64,000 nucleotides of DNA, from NCBI RefSeq assembly GCF_036588685.1, contig NC_086381.1, positions 50,220,001 to 50,284,000 of the forward strand. The letters are read 5' to 3'. The notes below the pieces were generated by a model that did not search any database, was not told the DNA's origin, and saw nothing but the letters and a program-made list of their open reading frames with translations. The translations under genes and the position numbers were made by a program. The DNA is from Mytilus trossulus. Lineage: Eukaryota. This document shows, piece after piece, positions 53,401 to 64,000 of the stretch (the stretch's first letter is position 1; the number at the start of each line of letters is the position of its first letter).

Positions 53401-56400
53401 CAACCTGATACAGGCAAACTGGCACTTTAGTGTGGTTTGAAAGGTAGTTTATATAAAGAAAATGTTCTGATCTGAAGACATTTTGTCTGGTTGAATTATT
53501 TTTTTAGTTGTAATAAAATGTTTCATTTAGTCGTGTGCAGAAGACTTGTTTGATAGTACACGGCACATATCTTAATCAACTCCCATAAGTTTTCAAATCA
53601 CACTCTTGAAACTTTACAGAGAGGATGCACCTTAGTGAATAAAAGATGAAAAAGCTGAAAAGTTACCCAAATTTTTTAGACATTTTTTTCAACTCTCACA
53701 AATATATCAATCCAGATCCCTGTCAGAAACTTCACAGAGTGTTCCAATATTTACAAATATTTTAAGTTATCCCCATTTACCTAGGTATTGGAATGTAGTC
53801 ATTTTCAGCAAAATTTACAAATAACAGTGCCAATTTTTTGTATAATTATGTCCTCTCACAGTTTTCAAGCCAGGTCCTTGCAATTAATATTTCATTTGGA
53901 ATATCAATCTGAAAAATGAGATATTCATTTCTTGGCTGTTTCATCCTTTTAAGTAAAAACTCAGCTATTAATGATCGTTCATAATTATGTCCTTAGAGAG
54001 ACTACAGTCTTGTTATGCTGTATGTTCATAAGGGAGGTGTAATTGTGTGAATATACTCAGGATTAAATGCATGGTAAGATTTTTTTTTAGACCCAAAGCT
54101 ATAATATAGATTTTTTTCATGTTATTTATGATTCTTACAAAAAACAAACACATATATTTAACTAGTTAGTGCCTCCCACAAAATAGATATCATACTCAAG
54201 ATATTTTCCTTGTTAATTATGTATGCTTTTCATAATGCATTATAAAATATTTTGTTTCTTCATTTGTAATTTATTTTCTTTTAAAAAATGACTGAGCATT
54301 GTAGATAGAATAATGGATATAGATTTTGGATTACTATTTCACAAATTTCAGAATAAGCAACTGATAAGACAAGCGTTGGAAAACCAAAATTACTTTTAGA
54401 TATTAAAAGCAAGAAGTAACAAAATATCAAAGTTAATGGCTATATTATAACTTTAATACGCTGTAAAAATAGATCCATAGTACTGGTATTTAAATTTAAT
54501 GAATCTGTTCCTTATGGTTGAATTAAAGTAAGTTGAAAATGAATGCATACGTAAACAGATCTTTTTGATCCAGTCACAGTTTCATTGCTGTTATTAATAG
54601 GTACTTCTAGTTTATGAAGATGAAATACTATAATTAATGTTGAATTGAAAAAAGTTTTTTTTTAACTTTCAGATAGAACAGCTTTCTGCAATGACAGAAG
54701 ATATTGAATTATCTAGACCTAAGAAAAAAGGAAGAAGGGGTAAAAAACAAAAGGAAAACAAGGAGAATGTAGAGGTACTTCATTATGTTCATAGTTTTGT
54801 TTGCTTTTTATACATCAGTATATGGGACGTATTATGGTATAACTCTTTCCGTCTGTTCATCTATTGATCTGTCAACATGTGGGATAATAACTCAAAATCC
54901 CTTGAACCTTCAGTTTGCATGAAACTTTGATGAATCATTTATATCTATTGATGTAAGCATTCTATCAATTATGTTAGTTTTTGATTTTATGTTACCAAGG
55001 TGTGGGATTTTATTCATATTCAATCTATGGTGCATATAAAGTCTGCTGGTAGGAGCACCTTTGAATACCAAGAAAGATAACTCAAATTTTATCCATTTAC
55101 TTATTACTTAAAAACTAATTCTAAAATGTCTTCATCCTTCTAACTTTAGAGCATTTATGTTAAGGTATGTTCAAAGATTAGAAGGTCTTTGGAAAAGGGT
55201 GTGGGGGATGTCTTCATTTTGTATTCTTTATTTTTTTTGGACCATTTTTCTCTATTCTGAGTTATTTTGCCAATAAAAAATAAAAGAAAACAAGGCGTAT
55301 CAGCTCATCATCAGTATACCAATAATATAAAGTGATTCAGAAACAGTGCACACAGAAATAATGCAAAAATTATAACCCTAAAAGTTCTTGTCATGTAATG
55401 AAACAAATTATTCAAACTGTTGATTCAAAAGGTCATTGTTCCAGCTTCTTACTATACATGTTTTACCAAGGAGCAGCAAATACCAATTTTCAAGGTTTGA
55501 AATTAATGGTCCCAAATTTCTGTTGGCAAACCCAAACCTCTGACACAGTCTGCAGCTTTTAGACATTATATAAATATAACACTCATTTATTTATTGAACA
55601 GTTTTACTTGTGTTAAAATGAGGGATTAAGGCTATACATTTAATTAAAAATTATTTACTTAGTAGTGTTCCATTTAAATATACATGGTAGCAGGGAAATT
55701 ACTTTAAAAAGGAGTAATTTTAGTATTTTGCTTACCTTTCCACTATGAAATTGAGAATGGAAATGGGGAAATATGTCAAAGAGACAACAACCGGACCAAA
55801 GAGCAGATACTTGTTACCTATCTATAGACGAGATTTCAAATTGTCTTCCCTGGGTGTCATGTATGTTTTTATTGGAACAGCCTTAATGTCAAATTTACAA
55901 ATTTCTGGATGTTTCATTACTTTGGATTATTTTTTGGGCAAATTTAATCTATTATTTTATTTTGTCTTCAGGTTGAATCAGCTGTTGTACATCCCTGCCA
56001 AGAAAATGACACAAAGAAAAGCAGAAAAAGGGCTATATCAAAAGTTGATGAGGTAATTTGAACAAAAAAGGATAAGGTTATTTGTAAATGTATATGTCAC
56101 AAACTAAATAGGGTTATCGCTTTAATTAATGAGAAAAAGAGGGAGAAGATATTAAGGGCTATTCCATTAAAAAGTTGGAGGGTAGGAATTGACTTTCAAA
56201 ATATCCCTACAACCAGGAACCAATTTTAGATAGTTTTGAATAATGGTATGCATACTGAAAAAAGACCCATTACCAACATTCAATGATTAAACTAACCTCC
56301 CATTTACATTTTAGGGAATAGCCCTAAAAACATATGTAAATGAAAACAAACACTACGGCCAAAACTAAAAAAATGTTGAAAATTGACAAGTCAATAAAAC

Positions 56401-59400
56401 AACTATAAACTGATAAACAATGCACAACCATACAAAATATAAAGATGCATGCTGATGCAATCCTTAAACTAACATCTTCATATAATGAAATTTTTGTTTT
56501 ATGGATGTATTCTTCTCATGTCTTAGTCTGGTTGAAATCTAGTTCTGGAATTATTTCCAAAACATGTGATACAAGTGGAAAATATCACGGGGGTGATGGG
56601 ACATTGTATTTTCTGGAACAGCCCTTATAAGAAATCGTCCCCAATTAAGATATGTTGTTTTTCACAATTTTACCTTTCAATGTTGTCGAGTAATAGACCT
56701 TTAAATAGTGAAAAAGTGATACATAGAACGTTCACCGTGCAATAACTGGAAAACCCTTTGTCCTGATTTTGACATTTCCATTTCTGAACCCTAAAAAGTT
56801 TTTTTTAATTTTGTTTTTAATTGATCCTGTTTGGGGTCCAGATAAATTTCATGGGTAAAATCTGGTTTACTGTCAATCTGACAGCATCTTGTTAATACTT
56901 TATATAGTTAAAAGGTTACTTATTTCCATTTCTGTTAAAAAATACATATTTGTAAATACAGTTCTTTATCAAATTTGATTTATCTTAGTATAAAAATCGT
57001 TACAGTTACAACTTGAAAAACGATTTACCTGCTTATCACAGTGCCATCGAAAATTCTGGGGAAACACTGAATTAGTGCTCGTCATTGTATTGCATATTTT
57101 TACATTTCCTAAGTGATGTTCAATAAAAAAAATATGTCCCTAGGAAGGGACGCCACATAAAAATGAATAAGAACAACACTCCCTTTGCATTTTGGTATTT
57201 CAAATACAACCACCCACATAAAATTTAAAAAAAATTGCCTTCCCTGGGGGGACATAATATTTTCTGGACCAGCCCTAACATAGCCATAGGCAGTCAATCT
57301 TTTAGAAAAGTTAAAATTGTTTTGGAATGGAATATTCCACATTAAAAAGAAAAGTAATTTTTTTTTAGGGACATCCAACTGTTAAATGGACTGTCCAACA
57401 AAGTTAAGTCTATTTCAAAAAGGTATATCCAAATAAGAATGGTATGAACCTTAGCAGTCCAGTTCATAAAATAGATATGATTACTGTTTTAATTATCACT
57501 GGTCACCCCTTTTAAAAAGTCGTAACAAGATAATGAGTAAAAATTAAGAGATGTATTTGATCCTTTAAACATTCAATTATACCGGTAAGTGAACAATTTT
57601 TTAATTGAACACATTTCTTTAATTTCATGTTGTGGCTATAATCTTAATTTGCATTCACTGGTTTATAAAGTTTGTCATTTGTTGAATCAGATACTTTGTC
57701 AGTGCTGTGAACATACTAGTTATTCTAAAGTGAAATGAACACTTTTTAGACTCCTTGTTTTTATTCCTTAAGGGGACTTTTAAAAGCACTTTCTACATTT
57801 TTGCAGTATATATTTAGTTATAGAAACAATATTCTGTTCGCAGTTAAAAAGTCAGTCAGCTACTTCTGTAAACCTTTTTCTAAAAGTCTTCTCCCTTTAA
57901 ACAGCAATGGATTATAATCTTCTGCTTCATCTTATGATCTATAGGATATATAATGAATTGTGTGATTTCTGTTTCAGAAAGATCAACCAACATTACTTTA
58001 AAAAAAATTGAACAATTTTCATAGTTCAACTATTGGAAAATATCTTGAAAAGCTATAGCTAAGGGATAATGTAACAAGCTCTATCAACTTGAAAATTTTA
58101 GAAAGATCTGTTGACCTGTAGTTTGAGTTATTGCCCCCGAGATTTTTTCAATTGTCTAATCTTCTTTTTAGATAACCAACCTTGCTGTTAAAAAAAATGT
58201 GAACAGGAAGCTTGGAATATGTTTATCGCTTTTATTTATATATTTTTATTTTTTTTTATTGAAAGGCTATTTTCCCCCTTTGAAATGAATTTATATACCC
58301 ATTGTACATGTTAATTATATTCTATTTTAACAAAACATGTCTCTGGAAAAAAAAAAAATGTAGCCATAAAAGTCATTCACATGTGTCAGTAATTTATGGA
58401 GTTGTTAATAAACTCTTAAAAGTGTAAAAAAAAAAGATTGGGGGATGTTAACAAATCATTAGATTTACAGCTTTATTTCAGACATTTATGCATATTAAGT
58501 TTTAAAGCAAAATAAAATTAGAATTCAAATTATTTCCATTTATTGTAATGCATATATATAATAAAGTAATTTTTCTTCAAATTTAACATATTTAGTATAT
58601 AAAACATTGCAGTACAATTGTTACATCATTCACACTGTAACCACAGATATACTTGAGAAACGCTAAAGCATTAGTTGTCATTGTATGGTTTTGTTTACTT
58701 TGTTTACCTAAGTAGTCCATTTTTGAAAAAAGGTAGAATTGTTATACATTGAAACATTCCATAAAAGTAAAGTCTATTTTTTTAAGGGACATTCAACTGT
58801 AAAATGAACTACCCCAAATAGTTAAGTCCATTTCAACTAGGTATATCCAAATGAGAATGGTATGTCCCTTAGCAGTCCACTTCATTCAATATAAATGGGT
58901 ACTGTTTTATCACTGATCACCCCTTTTAAATGTTGTAACACAATAATGAGTAAATGATATGATACTTGTAACTGTTTAATCCATGAATCATTCAATCATG
59001 AGTGAACAATTTTTACTGAACACATTTTATTTTATTTTATAGGTTTTGCAACTTATCTAGATTTGTGTTCACTGGTGAATACAATTTGTGATCTGTTTAT
59101 CAGATATCTAATAATTTGTCAGTTACATGTGAACATACAAGTTATTCTCAGTTAGGGCTATTTCATTAAAATGTACATGGAAGGGAAGGGAGGAAATTTC
59201 AAAATATTCTTACAACCAAGAACCATTTTTTAGATAATTTTGCATGATGGTAAAAGACACATACTGAAAAAAGACCCACGCCCCACATTCAATAATTAGA
59301 CTTCATTTCCTACCCTCACACATACATTTTAATGGAATAGCCCTGAAGAGAACACCTTAAAGGCTTCTTATTTTTATTTTTTAAAGGGACTTTTTATAAT

Positions 59401-61743
59401 CATTTTCTTAATTGTTCAGTTGAAAATATTTAATTAAAATAAAAGTTGTGGGCAGTTGCTTCACTTTTCTTTAAAATTTGCCCTCTAAATTGTAATTTTT
59501 ATGCCCCACCTACGATAGTAGAGGGGCATTATGTTTTCTGGTCTGTGTTTGTTCGTCTGTTTGTCCCGCTTAAGGTTTAAGTTTTTGATGAAGTTAAGAC
59601 CAATAAACTTGAAACTTTGTACACATGTTCCTCGTGATAGGATCTGTCTAATTTTCATGACAAATTAAAGTTTTGACCCCAATTTCACAGTTCACTGAAC
59701 ATAGAAAATGATAGTGTAAAGTTTAGGTTAAAGTTTTGGTTAAGGTTTTTGGTCAAGGTAGTTTTTGATGAAGTTGAAGTCACATCAACTTGAAATTTAG
59801 TACACATGCTCCCTATGATATGATCTTTGTAATTTTAATTTTAAATTAAAGTTTTGACCCCAATTTCAGGGTCCACTGAACATGGAAAATGATAGTGTGA
59901 GTAGGGCATCTGTGTACTATGGACACATTCTTTGTTTTAAATTTGATAAATATACAGCAAAAAATGAGTTTTTTCTACATTCATGAAAATTTTATAAATA
60001 TGAGTTATTTAAAAACCAAATTGCATAAATTTAAAGAACATTTATATAAAACAAAATTTACAAATACTTTTTTTTTGTCGAAAGGAAAAATACATCCACA
60101 AATCCAAATTTTAAGCAAATTTATAAGAATTCATCCTCATTTTACTAAAAAAAAAAGCAAGTGAAGGTATATTTTTATTACATATTTGATTTAATCAGGC
60201 AAACAATAGCCTATATGCAAATTGTCAGCAAAGTTTCAATATGGAAAGAAAACCATATTGTATAAGCCCTTAAGCAAGCCTCAACCAAACGTTATGAACC
60301 ACAATACTTAATACCATAAAACACAGATGAAATTTGAATTTTGGTGGTTTTACCTTCACTGTTCTGGAGTTATTCCCTTTAAAAATGGAAATATTGCTGA
60401 GTTTTTTGTTTCCATTCTCTAACTTTAATGTGCCTCAACCAAATGTTATGAAAGTTACACAGTTCTTATTACCACAAAACTTAGATAAAGTACAAATTTG
60501 GGTAGTTTCTCATGTTCTTTAGTTATGTTGTCCCTTTCTAACATTTTTATACCCCAGCTTTAAAAAAGGGGGGGTATACTGTTTTACCTCTGTCTGTCAA
60601 TCCGTCCGTCAGTCCGTCCTTCAGTTAGTCAGTCCGTCCCATGAATCTTTCGTCACATTTTTCTCAGGAACTATACATCCACCCTTCTGTAATTTGGTAT
60701 CAACATTTATATATGTCAGCCATACCGTGTGATGCGTTTTCAGATTCATCATTCATCGACTTCCTGTTAACCAAACACTTGTATGATTTTACACTTGATA
60801 GCCAAGTTGAAAATTTTCGTCACATTTTTCTCAGTAACTACAATACATGGATTTCTGAAATTTGGTTTCAGGGTTTAATTAAGTCCGCTTTACCGTGTGA
60901 TGCCTTTTCAGATTGATCACTTGACAACTTCCTGTTAACCGAACACTTGTATGATTTTACACATGATAGCCAAGTTGAAAATTTTCGTCACATTTTTCTC
61001 AGAAACTACAATACATGGATTTCTGAAATTTGGTTTCAGGGTTTATTTAGGTCAGCTATACCATGTGATGCGTTTTTAGATTGATCACTTGACAACTTCC
61101 TGTTTACCGAACACTTGTATGATTTTACACATGATAGCCAAGTTGAAAATTTTCGTCACACTTTTCTCAGGAACTACAATACAAGGATTTCTGAAATTTG
61201 GTTTCAGGATTTATATAAGTCACCTATACCGTGTGATGCGTTTTCAGATTGATCACCCGACAACTTCCTGTTTACCGAACACTTGTATGATTTTTCACAT
61301 GATAGCCAAGTTGAAAGTTTTCGTCACATTTTTCTCAGGAACTACAATACAAGGATTTCTGAAATTTGGTTTCAGGGTTTATTTAAGTCCACTTTACAGT
61401 GTGATGCGTTTTCAGATTCATCACTCGACAACTTCCTGTTTACTGAACACTTGCATATTTTTACACTATTAATATTATCCACTTGCGGCGGGGGTATCAT
61501 CAGTGAGCAGTAGCTCACAGTTTCACTTGTATGATATGCAAGAAGGGGCATCACTATCTGCGTCCCATGGACAAATTTCCTATTTATTTAGATAGATGAT
61601 ATATTTAATTGAAAAAAAATACTTCTTTTCAGACTGAGTTTGATTTAGCTGATAGCCAGATGGATAGTCAAGATTTCATGGAGGACAAGAACAGTTCAAA
61701 AAAGAAGAAAGCAAGCATTGTGTCCAAGGCAATAATGGTTTAA
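35431..61743 (+). CDS. HORMAD1: Meiotic HORMA-domain protein (HORMAD/Hop1 family) with PHD finger, winged-helix and closure-motif-like tail; 20 coding exons, about 612 aa
   Basis: Exons 35431-35475, 36465-36609, 38769-38869, 39284-39304, 39907-39933, 40608-40672, 42010-42161, 42639-42742, 43175-43185, 43822-43960, 46215-46338, 46992-47089, 48403-48519, 48993-49058, 50834-50997, 52121-52229, 52797-52853, 54673-54774, 55972-56052 and 61633-61743. All GT-AG, in frame (1839 nt). Translation [101 protein letters not shown] matches the HORMAD HORMA domain. The low-complexity 3' exons are less certain. Likely co-orthologous to vertebrate HORMAD1/2. Confidence 0.92.
36845..38730. mobile_element. Short MITE split by a HINE insertion
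   Basis: Left taaggcca..ggtctgcccaaaccctaccc and right gggtaggtagcgtttgggcaaac..tagcctaa are imperfect inverted ends enclosing the 36936-38565 element. Confidence 0.55.
36936..38565 (+). mobile_element. HINE-like element with three ~505-bp internal repeats
   Basis: 5' ttttagctcacctggcccaaagggccaagtgagc followed by a (GTC)n microsatellite. Unit starts aaaatcttct.ctctgaaact at about 37029, 37534 and 38035. 3' ggtgagcgacacaggctctttagagcctctagtt (subterminal IR + hairpin). Decayed relative at about 51340-51800. Confidence 0.85.
44434..46157. mobile_element. piggyBac-like non-autonomous element, outer copy
   Basis: TTAA|CCCTTTCAAAACT ... AGCGTTGGAAGGG|TTAA, interrupted at its internal TTAA by a second copy of the same family. 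Confidence 0.87.
44541..45412. mobile_element. piggyBac-like non-autonomous element, inner intact copy (872 bp)
   Basis: TTAA|CCCTTTCAACGCTATACAC ... TGTGTAGCGTTGAAAGGG|TTAA. Confidence 0.9.
47256..47468. mobile_element. MITE (TA-flanked, Tc1/mariner-type)
   Basis: ta|ctgtggattcatt ... aatgaatccat; internal tggatttcgtgg / ccacgaaa inverted motifs. Confidence 0.6.
48170..48447 (+). repeat. ~90-bp tandem repeat of the HORMAD PHD-exon acceptor and exon start (2 copies + real junction)
   Basis: ag|gatgatggattaatg.ttctatgtgctgtgtgt starting at 48222, 48313 and 48403. Confidence 0.9.
56156..56324. mobile_element. Tourist/PIF-Harbinger-type MITE
   Basis: TAA|GGGCTATTCC ... GGAATAGCCC|TAA. Second copy at 59155-59343. 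Confidence 0.8.
57335..59430 (+). repeat. Diverged ~480-bp direct repeat pair (57335-57815 and 58755-59430)
   Basis: Collinear matches such as agggacat.caactgt, ccttagcagtcca, tatcactg.tcacccctttta and gtgaacata. The second copy carries an extra MITE. Confidence 0.75.
59155..59343. mobile_element. Tourist/PIF-Harbinger-type MITE, copy 2
   Basis: TTA|GGGCTATTTCATTAAAA ... TTTTAATGGAATAGCCC|TGA. Confidence 0.8.
59496..59935 (+). mobile_element. HINE/pearl-like element (family A) with two internal units
   Basis: Reverse complement of 27882-28171, with the core (aacttgaaa.tt.gtacacatg...aaaatgatagtg) present twice. Confidence 0.8.
60544..61530 (+). mobile_element. HINE-like element with ~168-bp internal tandem repeats (about 5 units)
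   Basis: 5' tttttatacccc..gggggtatac followed by a GTCC/GTCA microsatellite. gatagccaagttgaaa recurs every ~168 bp. 3' gcggggtatc plus hairpin gtgagcagtagctcac. Confidence 0.85.
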
Positions 61744-62460
61744 TATTGTTGACAAATGACAATATATGAATTTAAATATGTTAATTATGTTTAATTTACA
61801 TTGTTATAAAAGTGAAATATTTTGTAACTAAGTCTGTGGTCTTACAATGAATATCAAAACTGTGTAGATTGGAGACTTAGCCATGGTTGTTTATGGCTGC
61901 ATCAAACATTATTGCTAAGGTTAAATAAACTCCCATAAAAAACACACATTATAATTTCATTGCCATCATCTTATTCTATACAATCAGAAGAATTTTATGT
62001 TTCTGTTACAAGTGCTTCATCTTTTTAAAATATCTATGATTGCTTGAGGGAAAGTAACCAAACAAATGGGATTATCTATTCCGTAATGAAGTTCAGTGTC
62101 ATTTAGGTCATGTGTTATTTACCATATCTGTGATTCATTATTTACTAGTTATCATCTTGTATCGGGGAATTTATACAAGTTCTGTTAATTTATATTTATT
62201 AATAATGTTACTAATTTGATTTACTTAGATTTAAATGATGATTATTATATCTTGTTGATTCACTGATTGAGTTTTGAAAGTTGAAATAAAAAATTAACAA
62301 TTGCCTGTACATGTATTATTTTGTATGATTCCTTTTTTCCTTTTTGATTAATATTCAAAATGAAAAAAAAACAACTTGCATCTACATAAAAAAAGACTAT
62401 TATTTAGCTGAAATATGTTAGGGACGACATCAAAAGATAAATGTAAGATAAAAAAATGAC

Positions 62461-64000
62461 TTTTTAGCTCACCTGGCCCGAAGGGCCAAGTGAGCTTTTC
62501 TCACCACTTGGCGTCCGTCGTCCGTCGTCGTCGTCGTCCGTCGTCGTCGTCGTTAACAATTTACATTTTGAACTTCTTCTAGAGAACCACTGAATGGAAT
62601 GGAACCAAACATGGCATGAATGTTCCTTATGAGGTGCTGACCAAGTGTTGTTACTTTGTAGCCGATCCATCATCCAAGATGGCCGCCAGCGGGGGACTTA
62701 GTTTAACATAGGACACTATGGGAAATGCATACAAATGACTTCTTTTAGAGAACCATTGCATGGAATGAAACCAAACATGGCATGAATGTTCCTTATGAGG
62801 TGCTGACCAAGTGTTGTTACTTTGTTGCCGATCCATCATCCAAGATGGCCGCCAGCCGGGGACTTAGTTTAACATAGGACCCTATGGGAAATGCATACAA
62901 ATGACTTCTTTTAGAGAACCACTGAATGGAATAAAACCAAACATAGCATGAATTATCCTAATGGGGTGCTGACCAAGTGTTGTTACTTTGTAGCCGATCC
63001 ATCATCCAAGATGGCCGCCAGCGGGGGACTTAGTTTAACATAGGACCCTATGGGAAATGCATACAAATGACTTCTTCTAGAGAACCACTAAATGGAATGA
63101 AACCAAACATAGCATGAATATTCATTCCTTATGGAGTGCTGACCAAGTGTTGTTACTTTGTAGCCGATCCATTATCCAAGATGGCCACCAGCGGGGACTT
63201 AGTTTAACATAGCACCCTATTGGAAATGCATACAAATGACTTCTTTTAGTGAACCACTGAATGGAATGAAACCAAACATGGCATGAATGTTCCTTATGTG
63301 GTGCTGACCAAGTGTTGTTACTTTGTAGCCGATCCATCATCAAAGATGGCCGCCAGCAGGGGACTTAGTTTAACACAGGACCCTATGGGAAATGCATACA
63401 AATGACTTCTTTTAGAGAACCACTGAATGGAATAAAACCAAACATAGCATGAATGTTCCTTATGGGGTGCTGACCAAGTGTTGTTACTTTGTAGCCGATC
63501 CATCATCCAAGATGGCCGCCAGCGGGGGACTTAGTTTAACATAGGACCCTATGGGAAATGCATACAAATGACTTCTTTTAGAGAACCACTGAATGGAATG
63601 AAACCAAACATGGCATGAATGTTCCTTATGAGGTGCTGACCAAGTGTTGTTACTTTGTTGCTGATCCATCATCCAAGATAGCCGCCAGCCGGGGACTTAG
63701 TTTAACATAGGACCCTATGGGAAATGCATACAAATGACTTCTTTTAGAGAACCACTGAATGGAATAAAACCAAACATAGCATGAATGTTCCTTATGGGAT
63801 GCTGACCAAGTGTTGTTACTTTTTAGCCGATCCATCATCCAAGATGGCCGCCAGCGGGGGACTTAGTTTAACATAGGACCCTATGGGAAATGCATACAAA
63901 TGACTTCTTCTAGAGAACCACTAAATGGAATGAAACCAAACATAGCATGAATGTTCCTTATGGAGTGCTGACCAAGTGTTGTTACTTTGTAGCTGATCCA
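62461..64000 (+). mobile_element. HINE-like element with 166-bp tandem array (at least 8 units, runs off the window end)
   Basis: 5' tttttagctcacctggcccgaagggccaagtgagc followed by (GTC)n. agagaaccac recurs at ~166-bp spacing from 62581. Each unit contains ccaagatggccgcc or a close variant. Confidence 0.9.

Noticed and set aside
60641-61554. Overlapping repetitive ORFs up to 127 aa
   Set aside because: They arise from the ~168-bp internal repeats of a HINE-like element in a HORMAD intron.
62464-63838. Series of similar 62-73 aa ORFs (MMDRLQSNNTWSAPHKEH...) as a peptide gene cluster
   Set aside because: They are translations of the 166-bp tandem unit, whose length is not a multiple of 3, inside a non-autonomous element.

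Overview
AT-rich, repeat-dense eukaryotic DNA with GT-AG introns. The repeat landscape suggests a bivalve mollusc, probably a mytilid mussel; this is inference from recalled repeat families. Four protein-coding genes are supported. (1, 2) Two tandem intronless paralogues (3080-3901 and 12128-12928, +) encode a divergent NKL/ANTP-class homeodomain (QVKTWFQNRRMK, Vent/Bsx/Nanog-type helix 3) with an N-terminal eh1-like motif and share a duplicated TATA promoter. (3) Ropporin-1-like (ROPN1L), 5 coding exons, 223 aa, minus strand (20188-29682). (4) A meiotic HORMA-domain gene (HORMAD/Hop1), 20 coding exons, about 612 aa, plus strand (35431-61743), with HORMA + C4HC3 PHD + winged-helix + closure-motif-like tail and 11-, 21- and 27-nt microexons. 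ROPN1L and HORMAD are head-to-head around a CpG-enriched region near 34.0-34.3 kb that carries an RFX X-box. Non-coding DNA holds two inverted non-autonomous Helitrons bracketing homeobox copy 1, a ~4-kb 40-bp satellite with an internal inverted block, several HINE-like elements with internal 166-505 bp arrays, a self-nested piggyBac-like MITE, a three-element nested transposon stack and assorted MITEs. Tandem duplications copy a splice junction in both multi-exon genes. All exon calls were made by eye and need transcript confirmation.
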